This document shows, in pieces, positions 36,724 to 45,305 of a stretch of DNA of 64,000 nucleotides. The notes beneath the pieces were generated by a model. It ran no database searches. It saw nothing but the letters and a program-made list of their open reading frames with translations, and was not told the origin of the DNA. Position 1 is the first letter of the stretch; each line of letters opens with the position of its first letter. The stretch is from contig JALDAJ010000001.1 in assembly GCA_022729235.1 (NCBI GenBank), forward strand, positions 640,001-704,000, read 5' to 3'. The position numbers were made by a program, and so were the translations under genes. This DNA is from Candidatus Nanohalarchaeota archaeon (GTDB taxonomy: Archaea; Nanohalarchaeota; Nanosalinia; Nanosalinales; Nanosalinaceae).

Positions 36724-37983
36724 TTAATCCTCGAAGGCGTCAGGTGTTCCTCCTGCGTGCCACGATTTTCGAGGTCTTACCTGCAGCGGGTAGATGCGTT
36801 CCGAGTTGTCGTCAAGTATGAGTCCGGTTCCGACCCTGTCGGGTAGAGCGTCTATGTAGTGGTCGATATCGTGACGCATGTAGGTGTGCATGATGTTGCC
36901 CAGCGCGTCTATGTCCTGTTTCGCGGTTAATCTGTGGGAAAGTATGATGTCTGCCTGTGAAAGGGCGTCAGGGTGTAGCTTGTATGGTTGTTGTGTTGCT
37001 AGCGCAAGGGATACTCCGGGCTCTCTACCTATTTTGACCCATCTCAGTAGTGGATGGGATGCCGCGGTTTCTCCGTCCCTTGGTAGGAACTCGTGCGCCT
37101 CGTCTATCAGCATCCATACGATAGGCATCTCGTTTTCACTGAGACCTTCCATCTCATCGATTTCTTCTATCCTGCGGGCAGTCATTCTCTGTCTCAGTAC
37201 TTTTTTGGCGAGCAGTGCGACTACAAGCGACCTTATTGACCATCCTGACCCCATCTCTCCGAATACTGACACGTCAACGATAGAAAGTTCTTCCCGCTCG
37301 GTTAGTTTGTCCAGTGTTGATTTCTCGCCGAAAATTCCCCAGTCCTGTGCGTTCATAAACCTGTTTTCGAGCCTGTTTTTGACTTCTTCCGGGAAGTCGA
37401 ACCTGTCCATCAGGTTTAGTATGTCCTCGATTCTGTAGTTATCTCGTGATTCGTCTAGCTTTGATATCACACGCTCCAGTAGTATTCCTGCCTCGGAGTT
37501 CGCCTCCAGGTTGAACGCCATCGACCATTCCTGTGCGGATAGCTCCGAAGGGTCCAGTGTAAACGTGTCATCGTAAGGCATCTCCCGTTCCTCGAAGTTT
37601 CGGACTTTTCCTTCGGGTATGTAGACTTTTGCATCAAAAGCTTCGGGTGTTAGATCCCATTCCTCCAGAGCCCCTGCCGCCCTATCGTTTGGGCGTTTCA
37701 TCGACCAGTAGATGCCCATGGGGTCGATGAGAATAGTGGACAGGTTCTGCGATATATCTGTGTTCTGTATTTCCTCCGCTAGAACTCCCAGCGAATACGA
37801 TTTACCCGTACCCCTCTTCCCGAACACCCCCATAACGTGAGGTCTCGCGAGGTCGAAGTGTATAGAGTTCGCCTTGTGCGCCTCTTCTTTTTCACCTACC
37901 AGGTGCTTGCCAATTATTCCTGTCCCTTTGAGTCCGTGTTCTTCGCGGTCTTCATCATCGCGTCCGACAGAAATCTTGGGCAT
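36724..37983 (-). CDS. HerA/FtsK-like P-loop ATPase (DUF87), no HAS barrel
   Basis: GKRGTGKS, 'IDPMG', 'MLIDEAHEF', 'GREPG', 'ATQQP'. Confidence 0.88.
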   Translation of the reverse strand: MPKISVGRDDEDREEHGLKGTGIIGKHLVGEKEEAHKANSIHFDLARPHVMGVFGKRGTGKSYSLGVLAEEIQNTDISQNLSTILIDPMGIYWSMKRPNDRAAGALEEWDLTPEAFDAKVYIPEGKVRNFEEREMPYDDTFTLDPSELSAQEWSMAFNLEANSEAGILLERVISKLDESRDNYRIEDILNLMDRFDFPEEVKNRLENRFMNAQDWGIFGEKSTLDKLTEREELSIVDVSVFGEMGSGWSIRSLVVALLAKKVLRQRMTARRIEEIDEMEGLSENEMPIVWMLIDEAHEFLPRDGETAASHPLLRWVKIGREPGVSLALATQQPYKLHPDALSQADIILSHRLTAKQDIDALGNIMHTYMRHDIDHYIDALPDRVGTGLILDDNSERIYPLQVRPRKSWHAGGTPDAFED

Positions 37984-38016
37984 GTTTGCAAGTTCCTTCT
38001 ACGGGAATATAAAGTC

Positions 38017-38625
38017 TTAGAGCGTCAGGACGAGTCCTATAATTGCTATACTTATTGTGATCAGCCAGTATGCGCCGCTCCACCGGAGTACGTATGCGCC
38101 GTCAAGACATCCTGTCGGAATATTCTTGTAGTCGAACGGCATGAGCTGGAAGAATGTGAAAAGTATGAAAGCCTCCGCCATCATTACCCATCCAAGGGAG
38201 TAGGTTACAAGCCAGCCTGTGAAAAGCGCTACTAGTCCTCCGGCGACCATCCAGAACTGGCGTTTCATCCATATCGCATCGATGCTTCTACCCCAGTGCT
38301 CGTAACGCTTACCTGAAAAGCTGTTGGTAACAGGAAAGACAAGTATTATCGGTAACTGTGTGAGAAAAGCCATGATAGCGCCCAGAATGGTCAGTGCGGA
38401 ACCGTCTTTTGAGAGTTCAAGCTCCACGTAGGCATCCATCCATTCTGCAACTGTCCTCTGACCGAATTCCCTGGTGAGTATTACTAGACCTGCTGTAACA
38501 GTCCACATGGCGGCGGTCTGCACTGAGGAAACGCTGTTGTATGCGGCGAGCGCCGCACCTAGTACAAGCGTGGAGAGCAGGACGTACTTGATTTCTTCCT
38601 CTGACATGCTGTAGCTTGACGCCAT
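38017..38625 (-). CDS. Degenerate site-2 protease (M50)-like membrane protein
   Basis: 'TREFGQR' where HExxH is expected; 'FQLMP...LDG' matches the N.LP..LDG motif; start moved to ATG 38625. Confidence 0.65.
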   Translation of the reverse strand: MASSYSMSEEEIKYVLLSTLVLGAALAAYNSVSSVQTAAMWTVTAGLVILTREFGQRTVAEWMDAYVELELSKDGSALTILGAIMAFLTQLPIILVFPVTNSFSGKRYEHWGRSIDAIWMKRQFWMVAGGLVALFTGWLVTYSLGWVMMAEAFILFTFFQLMPFDYKNIPTGCLDGAYVLRWSGAYWLITISIAIIGLVLTL

Positions 38626-38659
38626 GTTGGAAGATTGAATGCGGATGTTAAAAAACCGA

Positions 38660-39139
38660 CTAGATGTCCATGTCCATTGCGATTTCAGCAACGGAGTAGC
38701 TCTCACTCGACCGCAGGATTTCTGGATGCTCACGTATTTCATCCAGGTGAAGTCCGGGTTCGCCGTTTTCAAATCTCTCTTTTACGATTTGCCAGGGTAC
38801 GGCGTACGCCTGCCGGGGGCGTCCTCTACCCCGTTTTATCTCCACCGCCAGAATACCTTTGCGCCCGGATTTATCCAGGAAATCGCTTATACGGTCAACC
38901 TGGTGGCCGTTATCGCTCTCGGAGAAGTGCTGGGAGAAGTAAAGCTTGTTAGTCGAGCTCTCCTTGACTGACTTGTTTTCGATAGCCAGGTAGAACATCT
39001 CGTGCTCCGAGTCCACGAGAACATCACACAACTGCGAACTGAACCGGTGCTGTTTCTTCCGGTGCGCGATACCGTTGATTTCCTCCTCATCGAAAAAGTT
39101 GTTGAACGCGTTGACAAGCTCCCGCTCGAACTCGGTCAT
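38660..39139 (-). CDS. PD-(D/E)xK nuclease, Holliday junction resolvase-like
   Basis: 'FERELV', 'DVLVDS...AIENKS', 'LYFSQHF', 'LAVEI'. Confidence 0.7.
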   Translation of the reverse strand: MTEFERELVNAFNNFFDEEEINGIAHRKKQHRFSSQLCDVLVDSEHEMFYLAIENKSVKESSTNKLYFSQHFSESDNGHQVDRISDFLDKSGRKGILAVEIKRGRGRPRQAYAVPWQIVKERFENGEPGLHLDEIREHPEILRSSESYSVAEIAMDMDI

Positions 39140-39172
39140 AAGCAAAGATTACCTCAGAACGTTAAAAGTTCT

Positions 39173-39907
39173 TCAGTACTCTTCAAGTCCTCGCTGTACT
39201 CGCTCCCCGAGGACTTTTCCAGAGGTCAGGGCCAGCCCGACGGACCCGTTCGACACTATCTGCCCCTTAACGTGTTTTACCGGTGTGGGAAACCTGCCTG
39301 TCCTTGTAAGTTTTCTGCAGTTTATTTTGGGTGATACTTTCTGGGTCTCGACGTTGTACCCTAGTTCCTCTATTTTGCTCTCCAGCAACTGAGAATCCGT
39401 CTCCTTGATCTTGTGTTCCTTCCTTATCCTCTCGGTTATGCCTTTCCCGGACAGTTCTTTCTCCTTTTCCAGCGCATCTTCCGCTGTCAATCCACTGTGG
39501 ATCTCTGAGGTGTAGTCGGCTCCCTGTTCCAGCCATCGTTTCTCTAGTCTCGAGGTTCTCGCTACGCCTACTTTCACGTGATCTCCGCACTGCGCCAGGT
39601 ATACGCTGTAGTTCGCTTCTCCTTCCATGCCATCAGGTGCGCCGTTGCCGGTTCTCCAGCCGGTGTAGATATCTTTTCTCCGGCATTCCGGACACTGGTC
39701 GCCCGAGTCTATCTCCCGGAAATCTGTACAGGATTCCATTTTTCCTCTCTCCGAGTGATAACCCACGCATCTCCTCTCGTCCATGACCTCGTAGTCCAGC
39801 TCCAGTCCTGGTTCAAGCACTATATCTTTGTAACCGTCTTCTGTCGCCACCCTGAGGACAGGGGTCTCGTTTCTACCGCTCCAGACAACTTTGACTATCG
39901 ATTTCAT
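39173..39907 (-). CDS. DUF2797-like protein
   Basis: 'RRCVG...CPEC', 'VYLA...VKVGV...RWLEQGA'; start moved to ATG 39907. Confidence 0.75.
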   Translation of the reverse strand: MKSIVKVVWSGRNETPVLRVATEDGYKDIVLEPGLELDYEVMDERRCVGYHSERGKMESCTDFREIDSGDQCPECRRKDIYTGWRTGNGAPDGMEGEANYSVYLAQCGDHVKVGVARTSRLEKRWLEQGADYTSEIHSGLTAEDALEKEKELSGKGITERIRKEHKIKETDSQLLESKIEELGYNVETQKVSPKINCRKLTRTGRFPTPVKHVKGQIVSNGSVGLALTSGKVLGERVQRGLEEY

Positions 39908-39932
39908 CCTAGATCTCAGTAGTTGTTGAGAA

Positions 39933-40553
39933 TTAAGTCTCCTCGGTTTCAAGAAGCTCTTCCACCGATTTCTTGTGAGCGGCGCCGACGAACGCGACTA
40001 TCTCCGCGTCCGGCTCGTCCTCCTGTAACTGCTGCAGGTAATCAGCCATGACGCGGTCCCGTTCTTCTACGAGAACCTGGTAAAGCTCGGGATAACGCTC
40101 CCGTACCTCCTGCAGAAGCTCCTGTATCATCTCCTCGTCCGGTATCCTGGAGACATCGAACTTCGCTGCCCCGGGAATCAAAAGACCTACTACTGTCTCG
40201 GCGAACGCCTTTACTTTTTCCTTGCGTGATACTTGCTTGACTCTTTCAATGGTTATCCGGATATCCTGGTCGATCAAAGCTACTTCTCGGTCTTCCTGCA
40301 TCGATTTTTCGTAGGCGTAGAGCATCTCCTCTCCCGGCATAACACCGGTCTTTGACCCTATATAGTCCTGGAACTTCTTTACAATCTTCAGGAACACAGG
40401 TCCGCCGCCGTACTCTTCGCCAGTCACCAGCGAGTTCAATCTCAGCGGGTCGAGTTCTATAGCGACTATATCCGGGTCATGCTCCTCGATAGCACGGTCG
40501 ATAAGCTTGAGCGATTCCTCCGAGACGTGGGAGGTTCCGTAGATGTGTGGCAT
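39933..40553 (-). CDS. TraB/pheromone-shutdown family protein
   Basis: 'GTSHVS..S', 'VAIELD..R', 'PGEEM', 'LIDQDI..T', 'ERD', 'VGAAH'. Confidence 0.88.
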   Translation of the reverse strand: MPHIYGTSHVSEESLKLIDRAIEEHDPDIVAIELDPLRLNSLVTGEEYGGGPVFLKIVKKFQDYIGSKTGVMPGEEMLYAYEKSMQEDREVALIDQDIRITIERVKQVSRKEKVKAFAETVVGLLIPGAAKFDVSRIPDEEMIQELLQEVRERYPELYQVLVEERDRVMADYLQQLQEDEPDAEIVAFVGAAHKKSVEELLETEET

Positions 40554-40606
40554 GGGTATCTATTCGTGCCAAGAGTTGTAAACCATCTGTTCGCACCGAC
40601 GACTAT

Positions 40607-40722
40607 GTCTATGTAATACAAGACTTGCTATATGCTCGATAAATCTGGTATATGTAATACATAGTCTTTTTTCGTAATACGAAATAAGTTATTTAGGAGG
40701 TTATAGCCTGAAATGTATTACA
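40607..40722. promoter_or_regulatory. Four palindromic GTA(A/T)TAC boxes (operator-like)
   Basis: GTCTaTGTAATACAAGAC (40607-40624), TATGTAATACATA (40651-40663), TTTCGTAATACGAAA (40670-40684), TGTATTACA (40714-40722). Confidence 0.55.
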
Positions 40723-40730
40723 AAAAACTA

Positions 40731-40996
40731 GTGGTTCCCGGGGGTGGACGCCTCTCCGCGACCGGTTTTCCCGGCACGACCTCGGGTCCGCCACCCTCCG
40801 AACATCCGCCACGACGCTTAGGGCTGCTCCCGCCAGGGTCTGACCCGGTTCACGCCACGACGCATCCCGGAGGACGGACCGTCGACAGCCGAAGTCCAGG
40901 AATCGTGCCACGGGGAGAACACCGCTCCCCGGTTTTCGGCTCCTGCATGGAGAGGATTTCAGGTTACAGGCGACCCCGAACCGCCCAGCCTACCAT
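40731..40996 (-). ncRNA. ffs: Archaeal signal recognition particle (SRP/7S) RNA
   Basis: GC-rich; 5' GGUAGGCUGGGCGGUUCGG...CCUGUAACC Alu domain; helix 8 GUCAG-ACCC-UGGC-GGG-AGCAGC; 5'/3' ends pair; U-tract downstream. Confidence 0.9.
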
Positions 40997-41106
40997 TCAG
41001 GAATTACTTCTGGAAATGTTAAAAGGAGAGGTGGTTAATTCGATTGTTAGGCAGGTTTCGAACAGAATAAACTGGTTTTTAAAGTGAATCTTTTCGAAAA
41101 TGATGT

Positions 41107-41775
41107 ATGGCTAGCCTAAAGTCGATGATCAGTCGGTTAGGAGTTTTCGTTGACAGGAAGAGAATCCAGTTGCACCTGAAGAAGACGGAGCAGGATTTGA
41201 GAAGTAAAGATGTTCAAGACCTGTCAGAGGAAGAAGTTGAGAATAGAAAAGAGAATATTGAAAGACTGAGGGAGTACCGTGAGGCAGGAGAGTTTCCAGT
41301 GAATCCTAAGTTTGCGACTCGAGAGCCATACTTTGTTGATGATTCGGGAACTCCTTGCGCTATGGCTTATCTGATCCAGGAGAGTGGTTACAGTTCCCTG
41401 GTTGAAGAGGTTGCAGAGCATAATAATCATGTTTACCTAGAAGAACTGTCTGGAGGACCGGTAGTTGACTGGATAGAGAGTTCCGGGCTGTCGAAGGAAG
41501 AGGCTGAGAGGATTCAGCCAAATTACGGCAGTTACTCACATGTCGCTGCTTTAGCAACAAATTGTGGATCGTTTTCCTGTTCTCTAGCCCTTGCGACTTT
41601 AAGTCTTGTAGGAGGTCTGGCTTTCCTGGGTCTTGAATGGTTAAGCTACAGGTATGCCCGGTCGTTCTATCCCGATAAGCCTTTGAAGAGTTCAGGTTCG
41701 TTTATCGGGTTCTCGATAATTAATGTGATGATAACAACTCTAGGGGTAATGGTGTTCTATGCTTTCCTTCCTTGA
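41107..41775 (+). CDS. Hypothetical protein with soluble N-terminal domain and C-terminal TM helices
   Basis: 'Y...GEFPVN...PYFVDDSGTPCAMAYLI' conserved-looking block; two C-terminal TMs. Confidence 0.7.
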   Translation: MASLKSMISRLGVFVDRKRIQLHLKKTEQDLRSKDVQDLSEEEVENRKENIERLREYREAGEFPVNPKFATREPYFVDDSGTPCAMAYLIQESGYSSLVEEVAEHNNHVYLEELSGGPVVDWIESSGLSKEEAERIQPNYGSYSHVAALATNCGSFSCSLALATLSLVGGLAFLGLEWLSYRYARSFYPDKPLKSSGSFIGFSIINVMITTLGVMVFYAFLP

Positions 41776-42487
41776 AAACAAGTGGTCTAAGTTGAGCGGG
41801 CATGTAAGGTTTTCTGTAAAGCTATCGCTATGCTTAGGTATTCTGTTAGGTCTATTCTTGAGCATGATGGGGGATGCCACTAAGCTAGAAGGAGACATGC
41901 TCTCTTCAGTATTTCTTGTACTGTCCTTAACGTCGGTAGCTGCTTACGTAACCTGGCTGGCATTTCCTCTGTTCAGTGGTATCTACGAAATAGTTAGTTC
42001 AAGGAATATAGATTTGAAGACGGTACTTTCGTCCATTTTCGGGTTATCGATATCTGGTTTATCCGTTTACCTGTTTCTCGAAATAACTTCAACCGGTTTT
42101 GTAATGTATAGCTCCAGTCCAACTTTTGGTCAATACCTGTTTATCATGTATCCCAGTGTTCTAGGAGCTCTTGTCCTCTCGGTATACTATCTGGTTAGGC
42201 GAGATAGCGAACCATTAAGAATGAATATTCACCTCCTTCTCGGCGCTATAGTGGTTCTATCTGCTGTTTTCACCAGTTTTTCTACAGGTGATATCCTAGA
42301 TGATAGAGTGGATGTAGAGAGAAGAGGCGGAATGCTACTTCCAGAATCCGGATGTATGCTTGAAATTCAGCAAAAATGCATAAGGCAGGATACCATCGAG
42401 GATGTTCCTGAACGCTGTATGGAGGGAGAAGTCCTCGAAGAGGTAGAAGAGACATACGAAATAGAAAACGGCCAGATCACCTGCTGA
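41759..42487 (+). CDS. Multi-pass membrane protein with Cys-rich C-terminal external domain
   Basis: About five TM segments, four Cys in the acidic tail. Confidence 0.65.
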   Translation: MLSFLENKWSKLSGHVRFSVKLSLCLGILLGLFLSMMGDATKLEGDMLSSVFLVLSLTSVAAYVTWLAFPLFSGIYEIVSSRNIDLKTVLSSIFGLSISGLSVYLFLEITSTGFVMYSSSPTFGQYLFIMYPSVLGALVLSVYYLVRRDSEPLRMNIHLLLGAIVVLSAVFTSFSTGDILDDRVDVERRGGMLLPESGCMLEIQQKCIRQDTIEDVPERCMEGEVLEEVEETYEIENGQITC

Positions 42488-42504
42488 GTTGTGGTCAAAC
42501 CACT

Positions 42505-43128
42505 TCACTCCAGCACCCATCTGTCGAGTGCTCCGCCGGCGATGAAGGTGCCGGTGATGGCGAGGATGACGTGGGTGAGTTCGACTGTCTGTCCCGTGGA
42601 TGTGCTCCACGCCGCGACTGTGGCGATGAAGACGAAGAGGCTGATGCCGAATGAGATGGCGAGGTTCTTGCTGTCGGCGGAAATCGACTGTTTCAGGTCT
42701 TCTGTCTTGAGGTCTTTGAGTTCTTTCAGGTAGTTCTTGAGGTCGGTGACGCTGTACCTGAAGTAGGTGGGCCAGAACTGTCTCTCCGGCAGTAGCCCGA
42801 TGCTGACTATGTAGCCCGCGGATAGTAGGAAGAGTACTGCTATCGGTAGTGCGTTTGCGGTGTACGCAGGTCTTAAGGATAGCACCAGTATCCCTGCGAA
42901 GGCGAACCCGACGGTCATGGTCTCTGATATGTTTTCGGGTAGTCTGCCGTTGATTACCTGGGAGTACAGCAGTAGCCCGAAGATGGCGAACGCGACTGCG
43001 GTACCAAGTAAGTAGCCGTCGATGGCGCTGGGTCCGAAGGCTATCAGTAGTACGGTTATAAGAAACAGTAGTTCGAGGAACCGCGCCTTGAATTTCAGGT
43101 CTTTCTCCAGGCTGAGTCTTTTCTCCAT
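42505..43128 (-). CDS. Multi-pass membrane protein
   Basis: About six hydrophobic segments. Confidence 0.7.
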   Translation of the reverse strand: MEKRLSLEKDLKFKARFLELLFLITVLLIAFGPSAIDGYLLGTAVAFAIFGLLLYSQVINGRLPENISETMTVGFAFAGILVLSLRPAYTANALPIAVLFLLSAGYIVSIGLLPERQFWPTYFRYSVTDLKNYLKELKDLKTEDLKQSISADSKNLAISFGISLFVFIATVAAWSTSTGQTVELTHVILAITGTFIAGGALDRWVLE

Positions 43129-43168
43129 GTTGTAGGTTTTTGGGCTGCCGCTTTTTTAGCTACTCGGG

Positions 43169-43546
43169 TTATTCTTCAAGTAATTTCTCTGGATCTTCGT
43201 CTCCGGGTACTAGCTCCTCTGTTGCCTCAGTATTAGAAATCTCAGAAGAACGTTCGCCGGGGTCTGCTCCCTTATATCTCCCTGCTTTGTATCCTGCTGA
43301 TGCGGTTATTGCTGCGGTTAGGAGGGACACAGATCCTGTTTTTGCTACGTATTCTATAAGTTCGGTTTGTGTTGCTGTTTGTTTCTCAGCTGTGCCTGGT
43401 GTTGCACCTGCAACTAAAGTTCCTGCGAGAGTTGATGTTGAGCGAGGGGGTATCGATTCGAAATGAGTACTTTCTTCGAGGTACCCTAAGCAGTATCCGA
43501 GCGTGGCTCCGGCAGTTCCTGCGACTCCTGCTACCTCATATTCCAT
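43169..43546 (-). CDS. Hypothetical small membrane-associated protein
   Basis: ATG-initiated 125-aa ORF with G/A/T-rich hydrophobic stretches and acidic tail. Confidence 0.5.
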   Translation of the reverse strand: MEYEVAGVAGTAGATLGYCLGYLEESTHFESIPPRSTSTLAGTLVAGATPGTAEKQTATQTELIEYVAKTGSVSLLTAAITASAGYKAGRYKGADPGERSSEISNTEATEELVPGDEDPEKLLEE

Positions 43547-43604
43547 ATGTTATTACCTAGTAGCAAAACTTAAGTATTTTGGGTTGGGAGAATAACGATT
43601 GGGT

Positions 43605-44411
43605 TTATATCTCGAAAGTATCTCCTCTTTCAACGATATCAAACCCGCGTTCCTGCATCTCTTTCCTCTCCTCGCTGCCCTCTAGAAGTACGGGGTTGGT
43701 GTGGTTCATGTGGATGAAGTAGATATCCGTGTCCAAGTCCTCGAATTGAACCATGGCGTCCTGGATTGTGGGGTGAGGTACGTCTTCGTAACGACCGATT
43801 TCTTCTTTACTCCAGAACGTTCCGTCGACGATGGCGATGTCAGCATCCTCCATAAGTTCGATGATCTCGTCTGTCCACCGGTCTATATCAGCCAGGTAGA
43901 AAAGCTTCTTCTCATCTCCCTCGATTATGTACGCGGTTGTAGGATGGTTGAGGAGCGAGTGTTCAAAGTAGCGAGCCTTTATCTCGCCTCCTTGCAGTTC
44001 CATGCCGTTATTGTTCTCAAGATTATGTATTTCGATATTTCCTCTATCGACGAGGAACCTGTAAGGATCGTTCTGCATCAGGAATTTTTCCACACCGTCA
44101 TGACCGTAAACGTTCAGTCCTGTGGCGTCTGGTCCTTCCTGTCCGAAGTAAAGCAGACCTGTAACATGTCCCAGTTCACTGTGGGTTATGAAGACGCCAT
44201 CTATGTACTTTCCTCTGAGCTGGTAGCGGATATCTGGGGTGGCGTCGATGAGGTATCTTACAGTGTCATCATCGGAGTTCTCTTTGAGGAGGATAGAACC
44301 TACGTGCATCTGTCTGCCAGGATCGTTCCTGACCTCTTTGCACAGGTCACAGTCACATCCGAGATGGGGTACTCCCCCGTCCTGTGTGTTTCCAAGAACT
44401 TCTACTTTCAT
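43605..44411 (-). CDS. PqqB/PhnP-like metallo-beta-lactamase fold hydrolase
   Basis: 'LGNTQDGGVPHLGCDCDLC', 'IDATPD', 'THSELGHVTGL', 'DGTFW', 'IHMNHTNP'. Confidence 0.85.
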   Translation of the reverse strand: MKVEVLGNTQDGGVPHLGCDCDLCKEVRNDPGRQMHVGSILLKENSDDDTVRYLIDATPDIRYQLRGKYIDGVFITHSELGHVTGLLYFGQEGPDATGLNVYGHDGVEKFLMQNDPYRFLVDRGNIEIHNLENNNGMELQGGEIKARYFEHSLLNHPTTAYIIEGDEKKLFYLADIDRWTDEIIELMEDADIAIVDGTFWSKEEIGRYEDVPHPTIQDAMVQFEDLDTDIYFIHMNHTNPVLLEGSEERKEMQERGFDIVERGDTFEI

Positions 44412-44527
44412 GCTTTACCCTCCCCTTAATATGCGTGACATGACAGTTCTATCTAAGCTTTATAAAGGACTTCCTGCTGGTACAGGTATATATAACAAAT
44501 AAAAGCGTTGTCTATGTGCTCTAGTAC

Positions 44528-44605
44528 ATGAGTTGTAACTGTTCTAGAGAGGATGATGAGGACAAGAAAGGCTGTGGTTGTGGCGACGACTGCGGTTGTA
44601 ACTGA
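44528..44605 (+). CDS. 25-aa Cys-rich micro-protein (metallothionein-like)
   Basis: Manual translation MSCNCSREDDEDKKGCGCGDDCGCN*; three CxC pairs; TATA-like TATATATAA ~35 nt upstream; T-tract after stop. Confidence 0.6.
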   Translation: MSCNCSREDDEDKKGCGCGDDCGCN

Positions 44606-44650
44606 TTCAGTTTTTCAATCTTCGGTCTAAAACTTTCTTAGGCACCAGCT

Positions 44651-44721
44651 GCCGGGATGGCAGAGTAGTTATGCGTCCGCCTGCAGAGCGGACGACCTGG
44701 GTGCAAATCCCAGTCCCGGCT
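44651..44721 (+). tRNA. tRNA-Cys (GCA)
   Basis: Acceptor GCCGGGA/TCCCGGC, anticodon arm TCCGC-CT GCA GA-GCGGA, T-arm CTGGG-TGCAAAT-CCCAG, U73; CCA not encoded. Confidence 0.95.
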
Positions 44722-44772
44722 TTTTCCCCAGGAGAAGGACAGAAAAAGGCTGGTGAGTAATATACGTGTAAG

Positions 44773-45204
44773 ATGACGGAATACTTTGAGGACACCACCG
44801 ATGTCGCTGTCCTGGTCATAAGGAACCGGACGGATGACGGCGACTACTACCTTATCGCCCGGCACAGGGGAAACGATTTCTGGGAGTTCGTTGGTGGTAA
44901 AAGAAAGAAAGATGAAAGTATCGAACACGCAGTCTACAGGGAGCTTTCAGAGGAGATAGAAATTGACTGGGATTCCGATGAAGTCGATATTGTTAAGACA
45001 GGAGACTCGTTTGAGAGCCCTATAAATCCGGTTTATGAACTCTATCCTGTGCTTGTTGATATACCTGAGGAGGTCGCATGGGAGCTTGGAGACGAGGATT
45101 TGTCCTCCTCACATACCAGTCTGAAATGGATAAAAATCGAGGAACTAGAAAACTTTGAAACCTATGGAGAGAGGGAGGCGCTGGAGAGTCTTGGTGTCTT
45201 ATGA
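44773..45204 (+). CDS. NUDIX hydrolase
   Basis: WEFVGG...ES...AVYRELSEE Nudix box. Confidence 0.88.
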   Translation: MTEYFEDTTDVAVLVIRNRTDDGDYYLIARHRGNDFWEFVGGKRKKDESIEHAVYRELSEEIEIDWDSDEVDIVKTGDSFESPINPVYELYPVLVDIPEEVAWELGDEDLSSSHTSLKWIKIEELENFETYGEREALESLGVL

Positions 45205-45263
45205 GTGAATACGAGACCGTTGGTGATCATAAAGGTTTGAAGAAGCTGGGTTTGATTGAGTGA
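45201..45263 (+). pseudogene. Orphan duplicate of a NUDIX C-terminus
   Basis: MSEYETVGDHKGLKKLGLIE* aligns with the end of the upstream NUDIX (LENFETYGEREALESLGVL). Confidence 0.5.
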
Positions 45264-45305
45264 TATCCTGTTATCTTAACAATATTGGCTAAGCATTACG
45301 TGTAT

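Noticed and set aside
40693-41087. ORFs 40713..41087 (+) and 40693..40911 (-); also RNase P RNA as an alternative identity
   Set aside because: They overlap a GC-rich RNA with SRP Alu and helix-8 signatures; peptides are Pro/Arg-rich unlike this proteome; RNase P conserved motifs were not seen
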